Of a stretch of DNA of 64,000 nt, positions 52,600 through 64,000 are shown one piece after another. The notes under the pieces were generated by a model. That model worked only from the letters and a program-made list of their open reading frames with translations, was not told the DNA's origin and did no database searches. The position numbers and the translations under genes are program-made. Position 1 is the first letter of the stretch. Each line of letters starts with the position of its first letter. Source of the stretch: Octopus sinensis (lineage: Eukaryota); NCBI RefSeq assembly GCF_006345805.1, contig NC_043004.1, positions 46,748,001 through 46,812,000 on the forward strand. The letters run 5' to 3'.

Positions 52600-54420
52600 T
52601 GTTTTAAATATCGAAGTGCCTCATTAATTACGCGTATAAAACAGAACTTCTAATCTGGGAAGTGTAACTGTGGATTTCTCAATATGACAACTGTAAATCA
52701 CCTCTAGTCTCTAACAAAATGGAAAGCCACAATACACACCCCTACTCAATTCCTAAACCAGAATTTTTATACTTAAATATCGCAGTCGCTTAAGTATTTC
52801 AAATCAGATAAAATGAACACATATTAATGCTAGTTTGCATATTTTACAATAACTAGATATCAGTTAAATATACATCAACGAAGGAAGAGTCGCTTGAAAG
52901 AGGTTCCTTTCCAAACTGTCTGGAAGTCTTGAAATCCATACTAAAGATAACTTGCTGGCGGCAAGTTATATTTAGTAAAGCTTTGCCTATGTGTATGTTA
53001 AAAGCGTTTCCGTAAGTAGAGAATCTACTAAGTGGATTAGTAAATTCTTCTACAGAGTTGAGAGATGTGCAGACACTGTTTTAATTGTTCCACTTTGGAT
53101 TGACCTTATGCATTCTGTTTTGATTGTGTTTAGATGGATATTGATATATTTAGCCTATGCAGAAAGGTTTCTGCTTGCTTTATTCGAACAGAGAATATCT
53201 CTACGTAATTTGCATAATCTGCAACTGTGAATACATTGTGTTTAATTGCATCGGCAGGATTTCCAGGAACATACTCGGAGCAAATGATAAAGATAGAGGG
53301 CGCTACAATGTCACTTTGTAGCACTCCTAAAACAATTTCCATGAACTCTATGTCACAATCTGGAGACCGTACCATTCAATGTGTTTCCCAGGCCACTGCA
53401 GATTCTTTCTTGTCAAATGAGGATAGAACGAGTATTAGTCTTTGCGGAACAAATTCCTTTTGATCTGCAAGGTATTTGCCATTATCAGATAGAACTTATG
53501 AAAGTGATTCATTATATTTTGTGTTTCTTCTTGCGAGTACTTTAGTGTTTAATTTTGCTGTGAAAGGACGGCAAAAGACATACGCCTTAGAGTTTACAAC
53601 ACTAATAATGCATTTTTTTGTACTGTTTATAAGCATGAAATCAGGCTGCGCTTAAATACCCTTTAGATTATTGTGTACTAGGAACTTTCATTTTCTTTTT
53701 CTGAAACATCGTGTTTAGGCAAAATGAGTCCATTCTCTTTCATACCTTTATCTATGTAGTTTTTACTTCTATTTATACGTGAATGTGCTGTTTTTCTGTA
53801 CTGAAGATTTTGTCGAAGACATGCATCCACCAACTATTCTGAAATTATCTTTGGATATGTCTCAACTTATGTTGGAAGGGCTATCATAAAATTCGGTGAC
53901 TTCCTCTTTTGCTGAGACACATTTGAGACTATAACACGAAATGATTGTGAATTTTGTATTACTATCATACGTTGCTATCATAAATCTAGGGTGGGCTTCT
54001 TACAATTTGAAGCTTTCATTGTTGCACAATGGCTTTATAGCATTCCTACGCCTCTAATTGTTGAATTGATTGAGGTCTGCCATGATGACACTGAAACAAT
54101 ACAACATAATTTTCATGATATATACGATACTTTTGAATACAGATAATATCAAAACCGATAGATGAAGTAAACTGCTGACTGTTTGTTTGCATCTAATGTT
54201 TTGTGGCTTTTGCTTTGGCAGCGTGGCTGACGTTTTACCGAGGGCGGAGTGGAAACCCCAGCAGAACGCTCTCCTTGTTTACCAGCATGGACCTGTAGCT
54301 TAAAATTGAAAATAAGATTGGCCGGAACCTACCCTCGCATGCTAACATTGGCTTTGAATGACAACAGCAGAGATCGTCTGACCAATGAGCGATTGGTCCA
54401 CTATCAGCCAGCATCATAAG
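52600..54420 (-). pseudogene. RTE-clade LINE relic (5' UTR, APE endonuclease, internally deleted RT)
   Basis: Minus frames give FDIICIQKYR, SWQTSINSTIRGVGML, PRFMIATYDSNTKFTIISCYS, EEVTEFYD..DISKDNFRIVGG, LNTMFQKK and KAQPDFMLIN (APE). Then MVRSPDCDIEFMEIVLGVLQSDIVAPSIFII (GVLQGDTLAP), ADYANY (DYADD), IHLNTIKTE and VWISRLPDSLERNLFQA (RT/thumb). Confidence 0.85.
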
Positions 54421-56994
54421 GTGTTAATCAAAGTCGCAGGGCTTTTTTGTGGAGCTAAATACGAAATTATAAGTTAAGTTCTTTCACGGGAACGTCCGGA
54501 AGAAAGAGCAAGCAAGATACGACAAAAGATAAAGAGTAAGTTTTGTATTTATAATACACAACCGATCTACAAGCCATGACTTTGCTAACTAGAAACGAAT
54601 ATAGGTCACCTGCACATTATCCCCCATTTTAAAGTTCGTTGACCCGCCACAATGTTTCGTATGTGGCCATATTTGTCATGCTTAGTGAAATAATACCAGG
54701 AAATATTTTCTGTTGTAGTATAATTTCCATGAAACTTAATCAGTATGTTTACACAGCATATTTTCGGTGTGAGAATGATGCAACCTATTTGATGAATTGA
54801 GGGGTGATTTTAAAGCTGCTCTCCATGTTCTCCTTCTTTGTATACTGAACGCGACGATGACTAATTGTTTTTCGATAATATCAATAATGGTCTGAATATA
54901 ATAATAAAGCTTTCATTGCAGACATAATTCATTTTTAAAATGTGAGGGTATTCATAAAATCTGTTAATTCATGTCTAATACGAAATGCTGAACGCTGGCG
55001 TCAAAAAGATTTTTTTTAATTCCCAAGGATATCTTTTATTCCATCGGCGGCGTATTTGCGAACATCTTGTTTTTTTTCTCAATGTAGAATCTCGATTTGA
55101 TACGAACTACAGTTGGTAAATTACTTATGTTGAATTGCTGCAGACCAATTGGCTCTTTACACATGGTATGTAATCTTCTTGTCCAAATTTAAATATATTT
55201 TCACATTTGAATATGATCCCTAATTCTCCATGCCTTTGTATGCGAATCGTGTCATAGTCAGTCCTCGATATGAGTACGAATTGCTTTCTTTTCATCTGTT
55301 CCATCCACACAAATTCAAATGGAATAGTAAGAATGTGTTAGCCTGAATACGGTAGGAAACTGTTACCTCTTCGAGAGAAATTTAAAACTCGAATAATCGT
55401 TTTACTCCCTAAAGTTAAGATATTTCATATTATAAGATATCGACATGCTGAACAAAAACGTAAGCTAGCCATGATAAATAAACTCTAGGGCCTACATGTA
55501 TATATGTGTTATATTAGCTACGCAGTACGAATTTGGGATTAAGTGCAAATACTATATATCTGTAAATTCTGATGCTCAACTTTTTACGCAGGAAAAATAT
55601 TACGAATATTACAGCGTATTAGTATTCAACGTTGTAAGTAGAGATCAGTTAAAAAGTAAATAAACAAATGCTGCAATTGTACTCGCATGATTAAGAAGGA
55701 ATATAATTTTTGTTAAAGAAAAGAAATAATTTGAAAATCTTTAGCAATTACTGTTATGAATAATTCTTGTTACTCAGGCAGTTGCATAAACCATCACAGA
55801 CACTAAAATATATTTCTACCGAAAACTAGAAATGTAATTACATAGGTTATGGAAAAATAGTCAATAAACAAGACCGATTATAGCATTTCGGAATAACTTA
55901 AGAAACCTCAGAAGATTAAATGCAACGCCAAATATAATGTAGATATTATACTCATTCAGTGACTGTTAAGCAACTTTCTGCTCGGTAATGCACACAAACC
56001 CCCTGCACATACACACAAATACACATGCGCATGCGCACACACTGACACAGGCACACTCTCAGATGCATATTATTTAATGACAGTTTGACTCGGCTCCATG
56101 CAACTTAAATTTTCGTAGGCTCGTAAACGAAACCTAACTCGTCAGATATTTCGAGTTGTATAAATGACCTAACGCCCATCGAATGTGATGAGTACCGCTA
56201 TAAGTCATTTGGCCTAAATTAGACGATCTTTTATGTCTCTCTTTTCAGGAACAGCCTCGTGGATTGATGGATATTGAACGGCATTGGAGAGCGTAAACAT
56301 TCAATTTGTAGCTGAGAAAAAACGTCACTGGCACGAAGTAGGATAGCTTACTGAATATTAGAAAAGAACAATTTTATCAAGATTATTCTGGCAGGGTATC
56401 AGAATGTTGCTATGGAAACTGTTGCTTAACATTCACTGCATGATGTAAACTCTGCGAAATGTGACATGGATAACTACAACTAATTCCCTAATCTGTGCTG
56501 AGTCTTAAGAGTCCATCGTTATATCGAATAGACTCGTGGAATCAGCCCTTATCCAATTTTGATCATTGTAATTGATCAAGATCATCCTGGCTGCCAGAAT
56601 GTTATCTATGTCTGACAAAGTTGCGCAAGATATCTTGTCAGTTTGCATAAGGTAAAGCAGCAAATTAAAGGATTAAAGGGTAGAGCTTCATTAATATACG
56701 AGATTAATAACAAATAAAAGAAGAAAACTAACAGATGCTTCAATGAAATTAATACACAATACATCGAAAGAAATATGTATAAACGCCCTCGTATAGCTTG
56801 TATGGCTTATTTAAACGCGCATATACAAGCATACACGAATATAAGTGCATACACGAAGATATGTGCATGTTTGTTGTGACGCACATGCGCTCATATATCG
56901 AATTAAATGGTCACTAGATGTTTATAAGAATTTGTCGGTTAGAGCCAAATTCAATTGACGCGTAACTTAGGGTGAATTATGATTTTTAATTAAG

Positions 56995-57620
56995 TTAATG
57001 GTTACTCAAATTCAATCCCACTGCATTGTGAAAATGCGCATTTATATTTCTTCCAGAAATTCTATTAATGATTTTCTCATTGGTACACAGATTAGACAGC
57101 AATTCCTCGGAGCAGAGTTTGCATCTTCTGGACAGGATATCATATGGTTTTGCGAGCTTTGCTATCGACCAAGTTCTATTATACTTAATTTCATCTTCCT
57201 TATGACGCCACACAAAGTCGACCAAGAATATTGAATACCACTTGCTGATTTTGTTGAAGCTGTATACATCTTTGCGATAACAGTTCTTGAATTAATCAAT
57301 CAGTGCCCCAATGTAAGCATACGGTCCTCCCATCGAGTGGGCGTTACGCTTACGGGGCATTTTAATTTCAGCCGTTTTGTTACCTTCTTCAAATATATTC
57401 TGCAGATTATGTTCATAAAATGTTATACAACAAAACACATAACTAAAATATACGGTCTTTATTGTAAGAGTTCTGAACATACATTTAATGTGTATAACGG
57501 TGATATTCTATTCAGGAAAGTAGACGTTTCTTATATCCGAAAGCGTTTTAAGTTTGCTTGGTCTTCGAGTTCAAAGTTAGCATGTAGCTTTATAGTTGGG
57601 GTATTCCATTCATGGAAATA
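56995..57620 (-). pseudogene. Penelope-like GIY-YIG endonuclease relic (CxxC type)
   Basis: MFRTLTIKTVYFSY..HN, YIGALID*FKNCY, FVWRHKEDEIKYNRTWSIAKLAKPYDILSRRCKLCSEE..IINR (cf. YIWxLK...WSI...AxPY...RCxLCxxEK..LNKR). Confidence 0.8.
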
Positions 57621-59074
57621 GTAATATAAACATGAGTTTTGAAATATATTGCCCTCGAAGGGGAATGCCTTCTGTTTGCCAGTGTCTTACATTAGAAATA
57701 TTTAAATTTCGCTGGACATTCAGTTACTCCACTTATAATAGATTTGATACAATTTTTAAGGTCATTTGAAGCAAGAGCAGTTAGTATGTTTTTTCATGAG
57801 TTGGAAAGGTAGAACGAGCCTTAAATAACTTCTAAAATTGCTTCCGATATTTTATTACCCACACCTTTAAAATGTGCCGGCATTCGAAGTCAGTTTTGTG
57901 TTTACAAAGTACCTGTTTGAATTTTCTTACTGTTGCATAATTTAGGGATGTCATCCGTTATCTTGTAGTTAATACTACAAAATTATAAGTTTTCAAAGCT
58001 ACGCGGGGTAAAATGAAGCCAAATTTGTCTCACAGCATCAATTTTATAATGAAAATCATGCCTTATTAGCATTCTAGAATCATGTCACTTGGTAACGAAA
58101 CCAAATAGTTTTTACCACGCACCTATATGCATGTCACATTAAATCTTGGATAGTTACAATTATCTAGGAATATTTGGCTACCAATGAATTTTAAAACCAA
58201 TTTATAGTATTTGTCCATATTGTTTCACTACTCAAAAAAAAATATGTTTTTTAAGAGAATGTTTCATTTTGTTCGCAACTCATTGTTCTGGAGAGAGCTT
58301 TATTTAAATGAATAGCAAACAATAAACTGAAAGTTGTTTCGTTGAGAACCATTGTTTTTCGGGACAGTGACAAGTCATAAGGGGTTCAGATTGTGGAAGA
58401 GGATGTGAAGTTTGAAGATCTCTATTATTGTAGAAATAGAACAGTCCACAGATTCCCCATTAAATATTATCCATGACATAGCGTTCTCCCTTTCTAAACT
58501 ATTTAACGTATGTAACAAATTTGGAGATGCCTGTACATCACATTTTAGCATCTTTTCCTTTAATATGGAAGTACGCTTTTGATCTCTAAGTGAGCAACTA
58601 GACAGTTGTCGAGTGTTATTGTAGGATTTGTATGCAGGTAAGTAGGAAATTACAGACTTAGGGGAATAACTGGCGTATTTACTAAGGGAAATTCAAATTG
58701 TTATTTTAAGCAAATAGTCATTTATTGTTACGTGAATGTCGGTATAATATATGCTTGGTTATTCAACCTATCGAGCAAGTTAACCAATGGCATTTTTTTT
58801 AGTTAATTGTTGTTTCAAATGAGTTGGTCGGATCCTTAAAATTTATGATAAACGATTATTCGGTACTATGTTTTCTCCACTCATAAACATGCATGTGTTT
58901 GCTGGCGTGTTGTATATTTTAACACTCTACATAACTTTTGGTTTGAGTTTTATTCATACTGGTGTATCTTCTAGTGCGGTTCTCCTGTCTTTTAATCCTA
59001 TTGTAGAACGCATTAATATTTTTTTAAATACGATGTCGTTAATGTATATGCAACGTGGTAAGACTTTTACTCAC

Positions 59075-59152
59075 CTTCTGATCGTCTATGCTGTTTTGTA
59101 TCCTGCACACGTCCACCTCACGTTTCGCGTTGCAGAGGCCGATAAATGTTGG
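59075..59152 (-). other. candidate isolated 78-nt coding exon
   Basis: Relatively GC-rich island with a pyrimidine tract, TTAAC branch-like motif, GAG| acceptor (uncommon) and AAG|GTGAGT donor. One frame is open: PTFIGLCNAKREVDVCRIQNSIDDQK. Not recognised. Confidence 0.25.
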
Positions 59153-59829
59153 CTCAAATAAAGAAAAGGTTAAGAGTAAATAAGAGTCAATAAAGGAAAG
59201 GTTAAGAATAATTCAACCTTATATTCTGGAATTTCGTTTTACTTTCTCAGTTGAAATCACGTCGACTTAAAGCTGTCAGTTTTTATCAACTAGCTGTTAA
59301 TTTATCGGAAAAATGAAAAGAGCAGATCATCGTAAAGAATTCGTTGAGGACTTCTAACAATTCGAACATTCAATTCACTTTTCCAAGCAAAAATACGTTT
59401 TTAAATTGTAAACGTTTCGTTCTGAAATTATATACAGCCTGTAATATCTAGCATCGTAGCTACTTAATAATTTAAATTTTCTACTATTTTTCTTCTAGTC
59501 TTCAACTATAAAGATTTTGTTTTTTTAAAATGGAACTAAAATAGTTTGCCATCTTAGAAAACGTTTCTTTTTACACACACACACACACACACACATACAC
59601 ACAAACACACACACATTCACACACACACGCGCGCGCAGACAAACACATATACATATATCTTTTAAAATAGTAAGATATTTCTTCAAATTTGATTTTACAC
59701 AGGTTTCTAGGCTGATTTGTGGTCAACGTAAGATTGATACATATATGTAGCATGACTGAGATAATTCGTTGCACAAACGGTCATAATAAATTACGTAACC
59801 CCATGTTACTTAGAAAAGGCACATATTTT

Positions 59830-60233
59830 GGATCTTTTCGGTTTGGACGGCAGTTTTTCACATAATTTCTAGGTAATTAAAAAAATTTAAACTTCGTATA
59901 CTGGTAGAATGTGTTTATAAATCATCTTTTTCTCTTGCCTTTATTCAGAAAATTCTGAATTTCAATATCTGCAATTTCAACCAATCACTGGCGTTTATTG
60001 AGTTAAAAAGCATTCTGTGCCGTATGAATGTGTCCCTCCTGTAAGAAACAGATTGGGTTTATTTACATTTGCGAAGAAAAAAGATACCCTTCCCCCACCC
60101 CTAACCCTAACCCTAACTAACCCTAAACCGAAAAGAGATTGAAATGCAATATATTGATTCTAGGGTCATAATTACGGGTGAAAGTTTCTTATGACACCGC
60201 TACAAAAAACTGCCGTTCAAACCGAAAAGATCC
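59830..60233 (+). mobile_element. MITE with ~29-bp GG-starting TIRs, 8-bp TSD and internal (CCCTAA)n; Merlin-like
   Basis: TIRs GGATCTTTTCGGTTTGGACGGCAGTTTTT / AAAAACTGCCGTTCAAACCGAAAAGATCC; flanks CATATTTT / CATATTTA. Confidence 0.85.
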
Positions 60234-60904
60234 CATATTTATATGTTTGCTTTTGATTCTACTTTTCTTTCCATAATATTTGCGTATACCACACCATACG
60301 AATATTACTTCTTTCTCCCCCTCATTAAACATGCTAGTTTTTCTTTTAATATCGTTCAAACATCTGTTCCGAAAATCTTTCGTTTAACCAGTTGCAATTT
60401 GATTTACTTATCTGATACAACTTCGCTCTGTTTTGTATTTCACTCATGACCTTTCTATCCAGCAATATTCCAGAATAGTTTCTGCTGATATTCGTTAACA
60501 TTTACAATTTGCATTCTTAAAAAACGTTCATAATATTTTATCTGGTCATGACACTTTTACATTAAATTTGTACTTTAATTCATTTTCATATGCCAAACAT
60601 ATTTTAGCAGTGAGCAAAGTTGTTTCATGTTTTATATTTCATGCTACCATTAAGAATTGTCATATAATATCCTAAAAATAATTTCAATTAAATGTTTTCG
60701 ATGTCTTTCATAAATATAATCGTTATTGAATTTCAAAAATTGTAGCGATTTAGATATCTTCAACCATAAATAAACTTTGGCACGTTCAGCTATTATATAC
60801 ATCAATACGTCATAAACCACTCCATGAAATTAAATAGTTTCAATACACATCCTATATCCATGATGCTTTAAATACCCGTCATTTTCAATATAATAAGAGT
60901 TCTT

Positions 60905-61318
60905 GGATCTTTTCGGTTTGAACGGCAGTTTTTTCTAGCGGTGTCATATGAAATTGTTACCCATAATTATGACCCTAGTATCGATCTATTGCATTTCAAT
61001 CTATTTTAGGGTTAGGGTTAGGGGTGGGGGAAGGGTATATTTTTTCTTCACGAATGTAAATAAACCCAATATGTTTCTTAAACGAGGGACTAATTCATAC
61101 GACACAGAATGTTTATAACCTCAATACACGTCATTGATTGGTTGAAATTCCAGAAATTGAAGAAAAAAACAACAAATATCTTACAAACTATAGAATTTTC
61201 TGAATAAAGCCAAGAGAAAAAGATGTTTTATGAACACATTCTACCAGTATACGAAGTTTAAAATGTTTTAGATACCTAGAAATTATGTTAAAAACTGCCG
61301 TTCAAACCGAAAAGATCC
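60905..61318 (-). mobile_element. second copy of the same MITE, inverted
   Basis: Same TIRs; perfect 8-bp TSD GAGTTCTT (60897-60904 and 61319-61326); internal TTAGGGTTAGGGTTAGGGG. Confidence 0.9.
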
Positions 61319-61582
61319 GAGTTCTTATTTGGAGTTGATAAAATTAATATTTTTTTTTTAAATATAAATAATTTATAATGCCTGATGAAAGATTTAATTC
61401 AAAGAACAGCAATATATTAGATTTCTACAAATGTCCAAAAGGAATAATTTTGACGTGGGAAAATACAGATTTGTAACTTAATTTCAAGAAGGTAAACAAA
61501 TGTGATGAACATACACTCGCTAAAAGTCAATACGAACCTAAGAATGTCTGGTTTTCAGCATTCAGACAAGTATTTTTAGATA

Positions 61583-61948
61583 TCTTTCTCTATATATAAA
61601 CGGCAAAATGTCTGTGTGCGTGTCCTTTATACAAATCCACAATTTTTTCAGTTAGAGGGTTCGCACTTTCTATGGTCATTCAAAACAATCCAAGGGTGGT
61701 CGTGCACATCTTTACATTTTCCCAATCACCCCGCACAGTCATTAAAAATCAACAAAAGTGTCTTTTTTGTGAATTTTCTATCCAAAACTCAATCAAAATG
61801 CCCGAAACTTGATACGCCAATTGAATACCAGCTAGCTGTATGCGATTGGTCGGAGATTTGGACAGTACTCGCGTGTATGTGCGCACGCACGCACCTGTAT
61901 ATGCATGCACTAGCACTATGACCCGGCGTTGCCTGGTCATAGTACTAG
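61583..61948 (+). mobile_element. non-autonomous Helitron
   Basis: A|TC 5' end (TCTTTCTCTATATATAAA), 3' hairpin ACTATGACC-11 nt-GGTCATAGT, then CTAG|T. No TSD; inserted at AT. Confidence 0.8.
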
Positions 61949-63609
61949 TATTGTATATACGAGTACAGAGGTAGGCAAATTAGCAACTGATTTAGAACAC
62001 CTATGATAAAATGCTTGCAAGGTATGATTATCGAATAACATTGAAAATGTTATGCATTATTTTTTATGGATGGTATGATGTGCATGAAAATAAATTTGAT
62101 TTTTCTTTCTATAACATAGAGTAACACGTAACAGTGGTGGAATAACTCAATATTACATTATAGAAACTGCTTTCTGAATGGAATTATTCAAATGTGTAAT
62201 AATAATAACTTGCCTCCTAATCAAGTGTTAATTGATTAAAATCACGCTATAATTGCATTGGAGTTCATCTTTATCTCAGCTAAATGCGTCGACATATCTT
62301 ACCTATGTGCTTCACTCACATAATTGATTTCAATAAACAACTAAATACATTTTACTTTATTTCAAAAATATTCCATTTTCAAAACAAAATCTCATTCATG
62401 TATACATTTTAAACAAAAGGCTGTAGATGAGTAATTCGGAATAAATATTTGACATAGCGACATTGAAAAAGAAAAATGATTATAAGTAATGGATTATATT
62501 TACGAATCGAAACTGACATTTAAATTCAAAAGAATGAGCAAGTTTACCAGCAAACCTATACATATAATGCAAACATAAAAAGGAATGCATATTTAACAAT
62601 GAAAGAAGCAGCATTATTAATAGTAAATGAAAAATCGGAAATGGACAGCAGCAAATCAGAATAGACATATACACTTTATCATAATTTGTTTCTTACAGAA
62701 AACAGCTCAACAGAAAACTTCAATCTAATGAAATCTAAATTCGATTGATGTTACACATGTTTCGAGATAATTCTTTTACGGGTAGATTTACATTAGTATA
62801 AATTAATTACTGCAATGGAGAATTATTGATCTCCATCAACGTATCATCTAACACAACCAATAAGTATATATCTAAATCATTTTACATCACACACAAAATA
62901 TTATCTCTCTGTCTACTCTTCACTCACACCTCTCTTTGCTTTCCTCACTCTAGTTTTCCCCCAATCACACCCGCTCGATTTCTCTGTCTGTCACTGTCTG
63001 TCTCTCTCTCTCTCTATATATATATATACACAAGCACATACGCACTCAGGCACGCGAGCGCAAATATATATCTATAATGGAAGACTCTTTAATTATATAA
63101 ACATGAACTACTTTAAATAAACATAGGACATGACACAAAGTGATGAGGCAAATATGTATTAGAAATATCTCCTAAGTTGCATTGAAACGCAAGTTTTTGA
63201 AAGTATGTGAAGCTTTAGAACTACCATAAATAAATTTGTATACGGCGTGAAGCGTGTAGAATGTAGTACTTCTTACAGTCGAGACGTCGAGAGAGGATAA
63301 CCATTTACTGTTTAAAATTGTCATTAATCAAGTATACAGGTATGGGAAATCACAAGGGCTGTCAAAGATAAAGTGTTGCAAAGGTTGACACGTCGTAGCG
63401 AAAGAGAAACGAGATATTTAAAGTTTCAAATTTCAAAATTTCTCTAGAGAAATGGCGTTTAGAGAAAGGGTAAACTACAGTTTTATTTGAAGAAACAAAT
63501 AATTGACATTTATTATAACAGAGAATTCATATTTATATAAGATTTACAAAGGATGAATATATTACTAAGCAAGTTTCGAAGAACTTTAAATGTAGGTGAA
63601 GAATTTTCT

Positions 63610-63830
63610 TTTATTCTTTTACTTATTTCAGACATTTGACTCCGGTCATGAAGGAGCACCACCCCGAAGGATTTTAGTAGAGCAAATCCGCACAGGACTT
63701 ATTTTTTTTATGCCTAGTACATATTTTTTCGTCGTCATTTGCAGAACCGTAAGTTACGAAGACGTAAGCATACCGACACCGGTAGAGATGGGGGAGGGAG
63801 TCAAACGCAGATACAAAGACACATACACAA
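63610..63830 (-). mobile_element. degraded OK-like SINE 3' fragment
   Basis: TTTCAGACATTTGACTCCGGTCATGAAGGAGCACC, TTTAGTAGAGCAAATC and GAACCGTAAGTTACG match the reverse of the 883 family. Confidence 0.6.
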
Positions 63831-64000
63831 GGACACACACACACACACACGCATATACACATATATATATGTATATATATATAAGGCTGAGTAAAAGTAA
63901 GAAACGTTTTGAAACATAATGCGGATATTTTATTCATCAAAATAAGTACCATTACAATCAAAACATATTTGGGGACATGTTACCAGATTATTTTTTCCGC

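Noticed and set aside
55125-55360. Minus-strand ORF HILTIPFEFVWMEQMKRKQFVLISRTDYDTIRIQRHGELG...
   Set aside because: Protein-like composition but no recognisable motif and no in-frame splice acceptor; left unannotated.
56095-56160. Minus-strand CTGACGA...stem...GAAA motif
   Set aside because: Core and a stem II are present, but no stem I pairs adjacent to the core and stem III is not valid.
56440-56700. Possible ancient RTE RT relic (ESALIQF / ILIIVID)
   Set aside because: Similarity too weak and fragmented to support by eye.
60085-60130. (CCCTAA)n as a telomere or chromosome-fusion scar
   Set aside because: Only 3-4 units, lying inside a TIR/TSD-bounded MITE present twice.

Overview
AT-rich, microsatellite-dense eukaryotic DNA with no recognisable host protein-coding gene, so probably intergenic or within a very long intron. 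The tRNA-derived SINE families resemble the Octopus OK/OR-type SINEs as I recall them, so the source is probably an octopus (inference, not searched). Most of the window is transposon debris: about 12 SINE copies or fragments; a full-length but decayed Tc1 DD34E element (20880-22131); other Tc1/mariner/pogo relics and MITEs; two Helitron-type non-autonomous elements; two inverted Merlin-like MITEs with 8-bp TSDs and internal TTAGGG repeats; and RTE, L1/Tx1, R4/Dong and Penelope coding relics. The main result is two unrelated, young, non-coding tandem arrays. One has a ~430-bp unit (6651-8464) and the other a ~351-bp unit (30954-31741). Each unit carries one type I hammerhead ribozyme motif (CUGAnGA...GAAA, palindromic stem III, GUH cleavage triplet). 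Both arrays flip orientation head-to-head at the ribozyme. This matches Penelope pseudo-LTR / non-LTR retrozyme biology and predicts self-cleaved unit-length RNAs or circRNAs plus long dsRNA hairpins. A third, partial hammerhead lies in a Penelope-linked fragment that also carries a tRNA-like head (20577-20870). All alignments and folds were done by eye, so degraded-element boundaries are approximate.
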